A stretch of DNA of 22,572 nucleotides from Nitrospinota bacterium (GTDB lineage: Bacteria > Nitrospinota > Nitrospinia > Nitrospinales > VA-1): the NCBI GenBank assembly GCA_038108555.1, contig JAYNIA010000035.1, forward strand, positions 1-22,572, read 5' to 3'. A program made the translations under genes and the position numbers. Numbering within the stretch: position 1 is the first letter of the stretch; each line of letters begins with the position of its first letter. Positions 8,886 to 17,546 of this stretch are shown here, piece by piece. The notes under the pieces were generated by a model. It did no database searches, was not told the origin of the DNA, and saw only the letters and a list, made by a program, of their open reading frames with translations.

Positions 8886-9791
8886 ATGTCTTTGTTACGA
8901 ATCAGATTACATGGACGTGGCGGACAAGGAATCAAAACTGCAAGCCAGATTCTGGGTTCTGCCGCATTTCTCTCTGGGTATCAAGCGCAAGATTTTCCAC
9001 TTTACGGCGCGGAACGGAGAGGTGCACCCATTGTGGCCTTTGCCCGTATTTCCAAGGCACCTATTTTGGAAAGAGGCCCCATCGTAATTCCCGACCTACT
9101 ACTAATTGGCGACGAAACCCTTCTTGATAGTCCCCAGGCCGCACCTCTTTGCGGGGCCGATGATTCAACAATCGTTTTTTTAAACTCCTCTAAAAAACCG
9201 GATCAAATTCAAAGTCAATATTCTTTATCCAAGCTTCCATTTCAACTAAACCTTAGAGAGCTGTGTATTCAATTTCTGAATCATGAAATGCTTTTAAGCT
9301 CTGCTTTGGCTGCAGTTGGTGCCCGACTAACAGGTCTGATCGATTTAGAGTCTCTTTTGGAAGCAGTGGATATCGAGTTCAAAAATCAGGGAATTCCTTC
9401 TATCCAGGAAAATATTGAGCTCGCTAAAACGGTTTTCCAGAAATTAACAACAGCCAAATTCCCCCATCGAGAGGAGTCCGAATTAGTTTCAAGTCAAGGA
9501 ATAGAACTAAAACAATACACGGTTACAGATTCAGCTCCGCTTATTTTTGCTCCCGGAAACATGGCCATGCGAAAAACAGGTGATTGGAGGGTAAACCGGC
9601 CTGAAATTGATTACACACATTGCAACAAATGCTTGATCTGTTACGCTCGCTGTCCGGATGGTGCCATAAATTTAGGTCCGGAAGACCAGCCCGAAATTGA
9701 TTATGACCACTGCAAGGGTTGTCTCATCTGCGCTCAAGAATGCCCGGGTCATTTTATTAAAACTGTCAGAGAAGCAGGGACTGATCAATGA
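8886..9791 (+). CDS. porC: 2-oxoacid:ferredoxin oxidoreductase gamma-delta fusion subunit
   Basis: HGRGGQG and YGAERRGAP (gamma); KTGDWR plus two CxxCxxCxxxCP motifs (CNKCLICYARCP, CKGCLICAQECP; delta). Substrate not determined. Confidence 0.9.
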   Translation: MSLLRIRLHGRGGQGIKTASQILGSAAFLSGYQAQDFPLYGAERRGAPIVAFARISKAPILERGPIVIPDLLLIGDETLLDSPQAAPLCGADDSTIVFLNSSKKPDQIQSQYSLSKLPFQLNLRELCIQFLNHEMLLSSALAAVGARLTGLIDLESLLEAVDIEFKNQGIPSIQENIELAKTVFQKLTTAKFPHREESELVSSQGIELKQYTVTDSAPLIFAPGNMAMRKTGDWRVNRPEIDYTHCNKCLICYARCPDGAINLGPEDQPEIDYDHCKGCLICAQECPGHFIKTVREAGTDQ

Positions 9792-11023
9792 TTGTTAAAA
9801 ACAAAATTATGTTGACAGGAAACAAGGCTGCTGCCTGGGGAGCGCGTATGGCACAAGTGGAATATGTTCCCGCGTTTCCTATTACCCCGCAGACAGAAAT
9901 TGTTGAAACCCTGGCAGACTGGTTCACAGATGGAACCCTTACAGGAAAACTCACCAACATGGATTCAGAACATTCCATGTTTATGGCTGCGGGAGCTGCC
10001 GCCGCTACCGGTGTCCGTGTCTTCACAGCCTCCTCCAGTCAAGGAATACTGCATGGAATGGAATCCCTTTACACAATCACAGGTTGGCGAGTACCCATGG
10101 TACTCGTCAATGTATCCCGAGCACTGGCAACACCCATCACCCTTGAGCCGGATCACAATGATGTGATGAGCACTCGTGATTGCGGCCTCATTCAACTGCA
10201 TGCCGAAACATGTCAGGAAATTTTTGATTTTATTTTGATGGGCTATCGAATCGCAGAAAATCCACAAGTCTGCCTACCTGTACTGGTTAATATGGATGGG
10301 TTTTATTTGTCCTTCACCCGGGAGCCGGTATTGATTCCGGATAAAGAAAAAATTCAAGAATTTCTTCCAAAATTTGAACCGACACAGCCTGTTTTTCAGG
10401 GTTCCCAACCTATGGCGCGTGCTTCGGCCGTCTTTGGAGGCGCCACCTATTCCTTTTTTAAATTACAGCAGAACCTTGCAGCCCGCCATGCCGAAAATGT
10501 ATTTACAGAAACGGCCAAGGATTTTTCTGAATTTTTTCATAGAAACTATGAACCCGCCGAAAAATTTTATATGGATGATGCCGAATTCGTATTTGTTATG
10601 AGCAATTCTTTTGCAACCAAGGGAAAAGCGGCTGTTTTAAAACTACGAAACCAGGGTATTAAAGCTGGACTGCTAAAAATCAGATTGTTTAGACCTTTTC
10701 CCTCCGAATTTATCGCGAAAGCATTGTGCGGACATGAACGAGTTGCCGTGATCGACCAAAACCTTTCTCCAGGAGCAGGAGGCATCACTTACCCGGAAGT
10801 TGTATCAGCTCTTTATTCTTATAAAGCCCGCCCAAAAAAAATTCTATCGGTGATTGGTGGACTGGGTGGAAAGGACATTAAAGAATCCGATTTCATGTAC
10901 ATAATTGATCAACTAAAAATTGATGACACTAACTATCCGCTTTACTTGTTTGACCAGAAAGATTTGGATTCTTTTCAAAGAATCCAGAAAGTTGCAAATC
11001 CCGAAAAGGAGGTTGAATCCTAA
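9788..11023 (+). CDS. porA: 2-oxoacid:ferredoxin oxidoreductase alpha subunit
   Basis: TGNKAAA, AFPITPQTEI, SEHS, RVFTASSSQG, VNMDGFYLS, RLFRPFP, GGLGGKD; ATGA overlap with the upstream gene. Confidence 0.92.
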   Translation: MIVKNKIMLTGNKAAAWGARMAQVEYVPAFPITPQTEIVETLADWFTDGTLTGKLTNMDSEHSMFMAAGAAAATGVRVFTASSSQGILHGMESLYTITGWRVPMVLVNVSRALATPITLEPDHNDVMSTRDCGLIQLHAETCQEIFDFILMGYRIAENPQVCLPVLVNMDGFYLSFTREPVLIPDKEKIQEFLPKFEPTQPVFQGSQPMARASAVFGGATYSFFKLQQNLAARHAENVFTETAKDFSEFFHRNYEPAEKFYMDDAEFVFVMSNSFATKGKAAVLKLRNQGIKAGLLKIRLFRPFPSEFIAKALCGHERVAVIDQNLSPGAGGITYPEVVSALYSYKARPKKILSVIGGLGGKDIKESDFMYIIDQLKIDDTNYPLYLFDQKDLDSFQRIQKVANPEKEVES

Positions 11024-11955
11024 TGACACCATTTTTCAACCAGCACAAAAAATTGAAAGATTTGCATCCAGAAGAAGCTATTACCCCCGGGACTGGACTT
11101 TGCGCAGGATGTGGAGGATTAGAGGGGTTACGCCTTGCTCTAAAAGAACTTGGTGAAAAAGTTCTTATATGCAACGCCGCAGGTTGTTTTACGTTATTGT
11201 CTGTATATCCATTTACACCTTTAAAAGGGTCCTGGCTTTATACTACCATGGGTGCTCCTTCACCGGCTGCTCAGGGTGTTCGCGATGCATTGGATATTCG
11301 ACTTCACCATCGGGGATTACCGGAAGACGAAAATTTACTGGTAATGGCAGTTGCAGGCGATGGATCTTCAAATGATATTGGGCTGGGCGCAACATCGGCA
11401 GCTCTGCATCGAAAACTGGATTTTATTTATTTTTGTTATGACAATGAAGCTTATGGCAATACCGGCTTCCAGCTTTCTGCGGCATCCCCCTATGGAAGTG
11501 CGACGCAAACCTCTCCTACGACCGAAACTCACCCGGCGGGTGCCGAGTTTTTCAAAAAAAACCTGTTTGAGATCTGGAAAGCTCAAGACCCAACTTATAT
11601 CGCAACCGTTTCTCCTCGTGAGCCTATAGATCTGTCCAACAAATTTGCAAAAGCTAAACACCTATCCGGCCCAAGATTGTTTATTTGTATGTCACCCTGT
11701 CCTACAGGCTGGGGGTTTGACCCGAAGGATACAGATGCCATCGCAAAACTGGCAGTCGATACAGGAATGTTTCCTATAAAAGAATATTTTGAAGGAAAAG
11801 TGGTCCACACAAAAACTCCAAAAAGGAGATTGCCGGTTGAAAAATTTTTGCAAAGGCAAAAACGTTTTCAACATTTGTTCGAGCCCCAAAAGCGCGAGGA
11901 TATCATAGAACGCATTCAGGAACATGTTGATTCCTATTGGAGCCGATATGAATGA
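11023..11955 (+). CDS. porB: 2-oxoacid:ferredoxin oxidoreductase beta (TPP-binding) subunit
   Basis: CAGCG, NAAGC, AGDG...DNEAYGNTGFQLS (TPP/Mg motif), SPCPTGW; TAATG overlap with alpha. Confidence 0.92.
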   Translation: MTPFFNQHKKLKDLHPEEAITPGTGLCAGCGGLEGLRLALKELGEKVLICNAAGCFTLLSVYPFTPLKGSWLYTTMGAPSPAAQGVRDALDIRLHHRGLPEDENLLVMAVAGDGSSNDIGLGATSAALHRKLDFIYFCYDNEAYGNTGFQLSAASPYGSATQTSPTTETHPAGAEFFKKNLFEIWKAQDPTYIATVSPREPIDLSNKFAKAKHLSGPRLFICMSPCPTGWGFDPKDTDAIAKLAVDTGMFPIKEYFEGKVVHTKTPKRRLPVEKFLQRQKRFQHLFEPQKREDIIERIQEHVDSYWSRYE

Positions 11956-14050
11956 AACTAAAGTTATTAAGAAAAGTATTCATTCAGATACCTGCCTGGA
12001 AAATTTTTTTTCCCCGCGAGGGGTGGCGGTGATTGGAGCATCCCCGAATCCGGGTAATCAGGGAAAGCTTATTGTAGAAAGCTTGCAAGCTCACGGTTAT
12101 GAAGGGAAAATTTCCACCGTCCATCCAAAAGGGCTTCCTCTACCTGGCTGTATTTCGGTTTCTAAAATAAATGATCTTCCAGAAAATACGGATCTGGCAA
12201 TAGCAGCTATTTCTGCAAATCAAGTCCTCACTTTGATTGAACCGCTGGCTGAAAAAGGAATTCAATATCTAATTGTAATCAGTGGAGGGTTTGCAGAAAC
12301 AGGAGATACTGGAAAAGCCCTGCAGCAAGAATTAATAGAACTGGGGAAAACATGGGGAGTAAGAGTTCTTGGCCCCAACTGCCTGGGGACATTTAGCGCC
12401 CCAGATAAATTTAATAGCTTTTTCCTGTCTCCTGATGAAATTCATTTGCCGGAGAATGGGCCCATCGCTTTCATTTCCCAAAGCGGGGCTTTTTTATCCT
12501 CCATGCTGGACCAACTTGCTTTACGTGGTCTGGGTGTTCGCAGGGCGATAAGTTTTGGAAACCGGATTGATGTTGGTGAATGCGAGGCACTCGAAACTTT
12601 TGCGGAAGATCCTGCTGTTAAAGTAATCGGTGTTTACCTGGAAAGTTTGCAAGATGGGTCTCGTTTTATGGAATTGGCTCGCCGTGTTTGCAAAAAGAAA
12701 CAAATTGTTATTTTAAAGGGTGGAAAAGCTGAAAAAGGAAAACGAGCTACTCAAGCTCATTCTGCTTCATTGGCGGGGTCTTACTCTGTTTTTCAAAACG
12801 CCTGCAAACAAGTAGGAATAATAGAAGTAAATGGGCTAAATGAATTAATTAATTCCCTGCATGTGTTTTCGCTTGCATCTATTCCATCGGGAAATCGAGT
12901 TTTAATCGCTTCAAATGGAGGAGGAATGGGAGTTTTGCTAACCGATCTCTGTGAACAAGCGGGATGCAATATACAGGAAGTCCCTGATGAAATTCAGCGT
13001 GAGTTGAAAGAAGACTTGCCCGATTATTATTCCCTTATAAATCCAATTGATTTAACCGGATCAGGAACCAATGAACAATGCGCACTGGCATTAGATAAAC
13101 TTTTAAAGTCTCAGTCTTACGACTGCCTTCTACTTGTCATTTTATCTGGAACCGAGGGAATAAATTCTGAAATAGCATCCCAATTGGTTCAAGTTATTCC
13201 AAAAGGTTTTCCAGTAATTATAGGGGCCTATGGGAAATACATGTATCCTGAATTGTGCAAAGCCCTAAACAAGGAAGGTATTCCTGTTTTTCCGTCTGGA
13301 GAAGAAGCCGCACATGCCATTACCTGGTTGCATCAAGCAGGGGAGAACCAATGGGCTCAGGATGAAGCACAAATAATTAATAAACAATTTAATCCAGTCC
13401 CGCTACTGGGATGGCTGGGACAATTGGAAGATCCCCCTGATGAAATGCAATTGAAGCTTAAACTTGCTGAATGTGGGGTACCCATCCCAAAAAGATTGTC
13501 AGCCGCCAAACGTGAGGATCTTAATAAGGTAATTAATGAAATCAGATTCCCAATGATACTGAAGGTAATTAACAAATATATTAAACACAAAACTGAAATA
13601 AAGGGAATTAGACAAAATTTGTATGGGGAAAACGATTTACTTTTTGAATGGAAAAATATGAACAAAACCTGGCCTGGTCAGATTTGGGCGGAGGAACAAT
13701 ATGCCCCTGGATTTGAATTGATGGTGGGTATGCATCGGGATGTTGATTTCGGCCCGGTTCTTCTCTTCGGATCTGGAGGTAAATATGTAGAGCTTTTTGA
13801 AGATATTGAAAGAATAATTCTCCCTGCCAGGGACGATGAGATTCTGAATGCTATCTTCCGCACGCGAGCAGGGAAGGTAATTCAAGGTTTTCGAGGTGAA
13901 AACCCATTGGATGCACAAAAGTTGTTAGAACTTATCAAGTTGCTGGCGGAATGGGTTGAAAACGAACCAAAAATTCAATCTTTGGATTTCAACCCTATCC
14001 GCCTCTACCCAGATTCGCTTGTTGTGCTGGACGCAAAAATAACTATTTAA
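11948..14050 (+). CDS. ADP-forming acetate/acyl--CoA ligase (ACD), fused alpha-beta
   Basis: FFSPRGVAVIGAS, ISGGFAE, RVLGPNCLG, ISQSGA, SFGN, AHSASLAG (phospho-His), SNGGG, NPIDLTG, ATP-grasp with KHKTE, FGPVLLFGSGG, LDFNP, DAKI; no GNAT domain. ATG at 11948 preferred over 11924. Confidence 0.9.
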   Translation: MNETKVIKKSIHSDTCLENFFSPRGVAVIGASPNPGNQGKLIVESLQAHGYEGKISTVHPKGLPLPGCISVSKINDLPENTDLAIAAISANQVLTLIEPLAEKGIQYLIVISGGFAETGDTGKALQQELIELGKTWGVRVLGPNCLGTFSAPDKFNSFFLSPDEIHLPENGPIAFISQSGAFLSSMLDQLALRGLGVRRAISFGNRIDVGECEALETFAEDPAVKVIGVYLESLQDGSRFMELARRVCKKKQIVILKGGKAEKGKRATQAHSASLAGSYSVFQNACKQVGIIEVNGLNELINSLHVFSLASIPSGNRVLIASNGGGMGVLLTDLCEQAGCNIQEVPDEIQRELKEDLPDYYSLINPIDLTGSGTNEQCALALDKLLKSQSYDCLLLVILSGTEGINSEIASQLVQVIPKGFPVIIGAYGKYMYPELCKALNKEGIPVFPSGEEAAHAITWLHQAGENQWAQDEAQIINKQFNPVPLLGWLGQLEDPPDEMQLKLKLAECGVPIPKRLSAAKREDLNKVINEIRFPMILKVINKYIKHKTEIKGIRQNLYGENDLLFEWKNMNKTWPGQIWAEEQYAPGFELMVGMHRDVDFGPVLLFGSGGKYVELFEDIERIILPARDDEILNAIFRTRAGKVIQGFRGENPLDAQKLLELIKLLAEWVENEPKIQSLDFNPIRLYPDSLVVLDAKITI

Positions 14051-14069
14051 ACTAAGGAGGGCAATTATC

Positions 14070-15176
14070 ATGGGTAAAAACTATATGGATGATTTTGCAG
14101 ATGAATTTGGCCCTGAAAAAATTATTCATATCAACGAACCAAAATCGAAACTGCAAGCCATTGTGGTTATTGACAACGTGGCCTTAGGCCCTTCCCTTGG
14201 AGGCTGCCGTATGGCTCCCGATGTTTCGACAATGGAAGTTTTTCGTTTGGCTCGTGCGATGACCTTGAAAAATGCATTAAGTGGTCTGCCGCATGGGGGG
14301 GCAAAATCAGCCATCCTTGCAGATTCAAAAACCTCGGACAAGGAAATGCTGATCCGACAGTTTGCGCAATCGATCAAACAAATTACAGATTACATCCCCG
14401 GCCCCGATATGGGGACAGATGAAACCTGTATGGCTTTTATTTATGATGAAATTGGCCGGGCAGCTGGTCTTCCCAAGGTTTTGGGAGGAATTCCTTTAGA
14501 TGAATTGGGCATGACAGGGTATGGCCTTGCAGTTGCAGCTGATAAGGCCAGTGAAATCCTCCACCTTCCACTAAAAGATGCGCGCGTTATCATCCAGGGT
14601 TTTGGAAACGTGGGAAAAGCAGCAGCAAAATATCTGGGGGAACGAAAGGTGAAAGTCATCGCAACTTGTGATAGCCAGGGGGCAATTTTTGACCCAGCTG
14701 GAATTGATATTCCTGCACTATCAGAATTCGTCAAAGGCTCTGGCACAGTCCAGGAGTCCGGATTAGGAAAAAATATATCAAATGAAAAAATGTTGGAAAT
14801 CGAGTCCGATATTTTTATCCCCGCAGCCCGACCCGACGTATTCACAGAGGATAACCAACACCTGCTTTACACACATTTGGTATTGGAAGGTGCTAACATT
14901 CCTATTACTCATGCGGCAGCGAAAAAAATGTGTGAACGCGGAGTCATGATTATTCCCGATGTCATTGCCAACGCAGGAGGAGTGATTTGCGCAGCGACTG
15001 AATATCAAAAAATGACCGAATCCCAAGCATTCGAACGGGTAAAAGAAACTATTGGGCGCAATACACAAGAGGTATTAGAATTAATTCAAGAGGAAAAATT
15101 ATTTCCCCATGATGCGGCTTTGCAAATGGCAAAGGAAAGACTGAATAAGGCTATGAAGCTGCGAGCCCATATGTAG
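14070..15176 (+). CDS. Glu/Leu/Phe/Val-family amino acid dehydrogenase
   Basis: GPSLGGCRM, LARAMTLKN, GGAKS (catalytic Lys), PGPDMGT, QGFGNVG (Rossmann), EGAN, PDVIANAGGV; AAGGAGG RBS. Confidence 0.92.
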   Translation: MGKNYMDDFADEFGPEKIIHINEPKSKLQAIVVIDNVALGPSLGGCRMAPDVSTMEVFRLARAMTLKNALSGLPHGGAKSAILADSKTSDKEMLIRQFAQSIKQITDYIPGPDMGTDETCMAFIYDEIGRAAGLPKVLGGIPLDELGMTGYGLAVAADKASEILHLPLKDARVIIQGFGNVGKAAAKYLGERKVKVIATCDSQGAIFDPAGIDIPALSEFVKGSGTVQESGLGKNISNEKMLEIESDIFIPAARPDVFTEDNQHLLYTHLVLEGANIPITHAAAKKMCERGVMIIPDVIANAGGVICAATEYQKMTESQAFERVKETIGRNTQEVLELIQEEKLFPHDAALQMAKERLNKAMKLRAHM

Positions 15177-15213
15177 TCAATTTTTGCAGATTCAAAAATA
15201 AGCGGGAGTTAAA

Positions 15214-16542
15214 TTGAAACCTTTAAAAAAATCTATCGTTATTATGGGAGCTGCGGGAAGGGACTTTCATGCCTTCAATACCCATTTCAAAAATAACCCC
15301 TCCTATAATGTCATTGCTTTTACAGCAACTCAGATTCCCGGAATTGAAAAGAAATTTTACCCTCCAGCCTTATCAGGTGACCTTTACCCCAATGGCATTC
15401 CGATTCGTTCGGAAGAAGATTTAACAAACATCCTTCAAGAGCAAAAGATTGACGCCGTGGTTTTTGCCTATAGCGATGTTTCCCATGAATATGTTATGCA
15501 CAAAGCTTCAACAGTAATTGCGGAAGGCTCAGACTTTTGGTTGCTTGGAACAAACTCGACAATGATCCCCTCAAAGAAAAAGATTGTTTCTGTTTGCGCG
15601 GTTAGGACTGGGTGTGGAAAGTCTCAAACCTCCAGAAAAATCGCACAGATTCTAAAAGACTGGGGAGAAAAAATAGTAGCTGTAAGACATGCCATGCCTT
15701 ACGGAAATCTTGAAAAACAAAAAGTTCAAAGATATGAGGTTATTTCTGATTTAAAAAAACATGAATGCACCATTGAAGAAATGGAAGAATATGAACCTTA
15801 TATTGAAATTGGAGTTCCAGTTTATGCTGGCGTGGACTATGAAGCCATTTTAAGGGAAGCCGAAAAAGAAGCAGATATAATTATCTGGGACGGTGGCAAC
15901 AATGATTTTTCCTTTTTTTTACCTGATCTTGAGATTGTCGTCGTCGACCCGCACCGTCCCGGCGATGAACTTTCTTATTTTCCCGGTGAAGTAAACCTGA
16001 GAAGAGCCAATGCAGTTATTATTAACAAAATGGATACCGCCGAAAAATCAAATATTCAATGGGTAAAAAATAATATTAGGAAAGCAAATCCAGAAGCCGT
16101 GATTATCGAAGCAGCTTCCCCTATTTCAGTGGATGACCCTCAAAGGATTTCCGGCCAAAGAGTACTGGTTATTGAGGATGGCCCAACGCTGACGCATGGG
16201 GGAATGAAATATGGTGCCGGAATCCTGGCCGCAAAGCGATTTGGAGCAAAAGAAATTGTGGATCCGCGACCGTGGCTGGAAGGAACACTCCGAGATACTT
16301 TTTCCAAATATCCGGACATAGGCCCGGTATTACCTGCCATGGGATATGGGAAAAATCAAATGAATGATTTGCAGGCAACAATTAATAACGCAGATTGCGA
16401 CCTTGTTGTGGTAGGTACTCCTATTGACTTAACCCGAGTATTAGAAATAAACAAGCCATCAATCAGGGTGAAATACGAATTAAGTGAAATTGGAAAACCT
16501 GATTTGGAAGCACTTTTAAAACCCTTTATTGCCAGGAATTGA
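15214..16542 (+). CDS. arcE: Arginine synthetase (ArcE)-like P-loop NTPase, usually annotated 'predicted GTPase / cyclic 2,3-diphosphoglycerate synthase family'
   Basis: TTG start with GGGAG RBS; MGAAGRDFHAFN, AFTATQIPGI, YPNGIPI, AVRTGCGKSQ (P-loop), CTIEEMEEYE, WDGGNND, EDGPTLTHGGM, LPAMGYG; adjacent to carbamate kinase. The family call is firm; the enzymatic function is inferred. Confidence 0.8.
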   Translation: MKPLKKSIVIMGAAGRDFHAFNTHFKNNPSYNVIAFTATQIPGIEKKFYPPALSGDLYPNGIPIRSEEDLTNILQEQKIDAVVFAYSDVSHEYVMHKASTVIAEGSDFWLLGTNSTMIPSKKKIVSVCAVRTGCGKSQTSRKIAQILKDWGEKIVAVRHAMPYGNLEKQKVQRYEVISDLKKHECTIEEMEEYEPYIEIGVPVYAGVDYEAILREAEKEADIIIWDGGNNDFSFFLPDLEIVVVDPHRPGDELSYFPGEVNLRRANAVIINKMDTAEKSNIQWVKNNIRKANPEAVIIEAASPISVDDPQRISGQRVLVIEDGPTLTHGGMKYGAGILAAKRFGAKEIVDPRPWLEGTLRDTFSKYPDIGPVLPAMGYGKNQMNDLQATINNADCDLVVVGTPIDLTRVLEINKPSIRVKYELSEIGKPDLEALLKPFIARN

Positions 16543-16560
16543 TTTTTTCTATTTAGAGTC

Positions 16561-17526
16561 ATGATTCAAAAACCCAGTTTATTAATTTCTTTTGGGGGGA
16601 ATGCGCTAAATGTTCCCGATCCTTTACACTCACACCAAAAGGAAGAGTTTGAGATTGCCAGAAGGAGCATGGGTAAGGTTGTAGAACTTATAGAAAAAGG
16701 TTATGAAAAAATAATCTTGACCCATGGGAATGGTCCGCAGGTGGGGCAAATATTTTTGCAGCAGGAATTAACAAAAAATGAATTTCCAAGGCAAATCACT
16801 TTGGACGTTTGTGTCGCTGATAGTCAGGGAAGATTAGGTTACATCCTTCAAAATGTCTTTGACAATGCATGTCAAAAGAGAGGTTTAAATAAAAAGTCGT
16901 TTGCTGTTATTACACAGGTGGTGGTAGACGCAAATGATCGTGCTTTTGATAACCCCACAAAACCAATTGGGGTTTTCTATTCAAAAGATGATTCACAGAA
17001 ACTGAAAGAGGAAAGAGGTTGGGAATTTGCAGAAAATTCAAAAGGGGGGTTCAGACGAGTTGTGGCCTCTCCCATTCCTCTGGAAATTGTAGAAACCCAT
17101 ATATTCAAAAGGATTTTTGACCAAAATTTAATTGGCATTGGTTGTGGCGGTGGCGGAATTCCTGTTATAAGGAAACCCAATGGAGAGTTGGAAGGGGTTG
17201 AAGCTGTAATTGACAAAGATAGAACAAGTGCTCTCCTCGCCAGCCTGATAGGTGTTGAACAGCTGGTAATTTTGACGAATGTCGATGGCGCATATCTGGA
17301 TTTTAATTCCAATCAACCCAAACTAATTAAAAATGTTTCTGCAGAAAAAATGTCAACCTATATTGAAAATGGGGAGTTCTCTGAAGGAGACATGAAGCCC
17401 AAAGCCGAAGCGGCAGTTGAATTTATTAAAAAGGGTGGGAAAAAGGTAATAATAGCTAGCCTGGATTCATTGATCCCAGCTATGGAAGGCGAGTCAGGAA
17501 CTCATATTATTCCTGAAAAAATTTAA
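16561..17526 (+). CDS. arcC: Carbamate kinase
   Basis: FGGNAL, THGNGPQVG, NPTKPIG, RRVVASP, GGGGIPV, GVEAVIDKD, MKPK, GTHI. Confidence 0.95.
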   Translation: MIQKPSLLISFGGNALNVPDPLHSHQKEEFEIARRSMGKVVELIEKGYEKIILTHGNGPQVGQIFLQQELTKNEFPRQITLDVCVADSQGRLGYILQNVFDNACQKRGLNKKSFAVITQVVVDANDRAFDNPTKPIGVFYSKDDSQKLKEERGWEFAENSKGGFRRVVASPIPLEIVETHIFKRIFDQNLIGIGCGGGGIPVIRKPNGELEGVEAVIDKDRTSALLASLIGVEQLVILTNVDGAYLDFNSNQPKLIKNVSAEKMSTYIENGEFSEGDMKPKAEAAVEFIKKGGKKVIIASLDSLIPAMEGESGTHIIPEKI

Positions 17527-17546
17527 TTCACTCAGGTCGAAAGTAC

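Noticed and set aside
11948..14050. Protein lysine acetyltransferase (Pat/Pka)
   Set aside because: No GNAT domain, and the catalytic His motif is retained
15214..16542. Cyclic 2,3-diphosphoglycerate synthetase
   Set aside because: It lacks the cDPGS-type N-terminus, there is no 2-phosphoglycerate kinase nearby, and its neighbour is carbamate kinase
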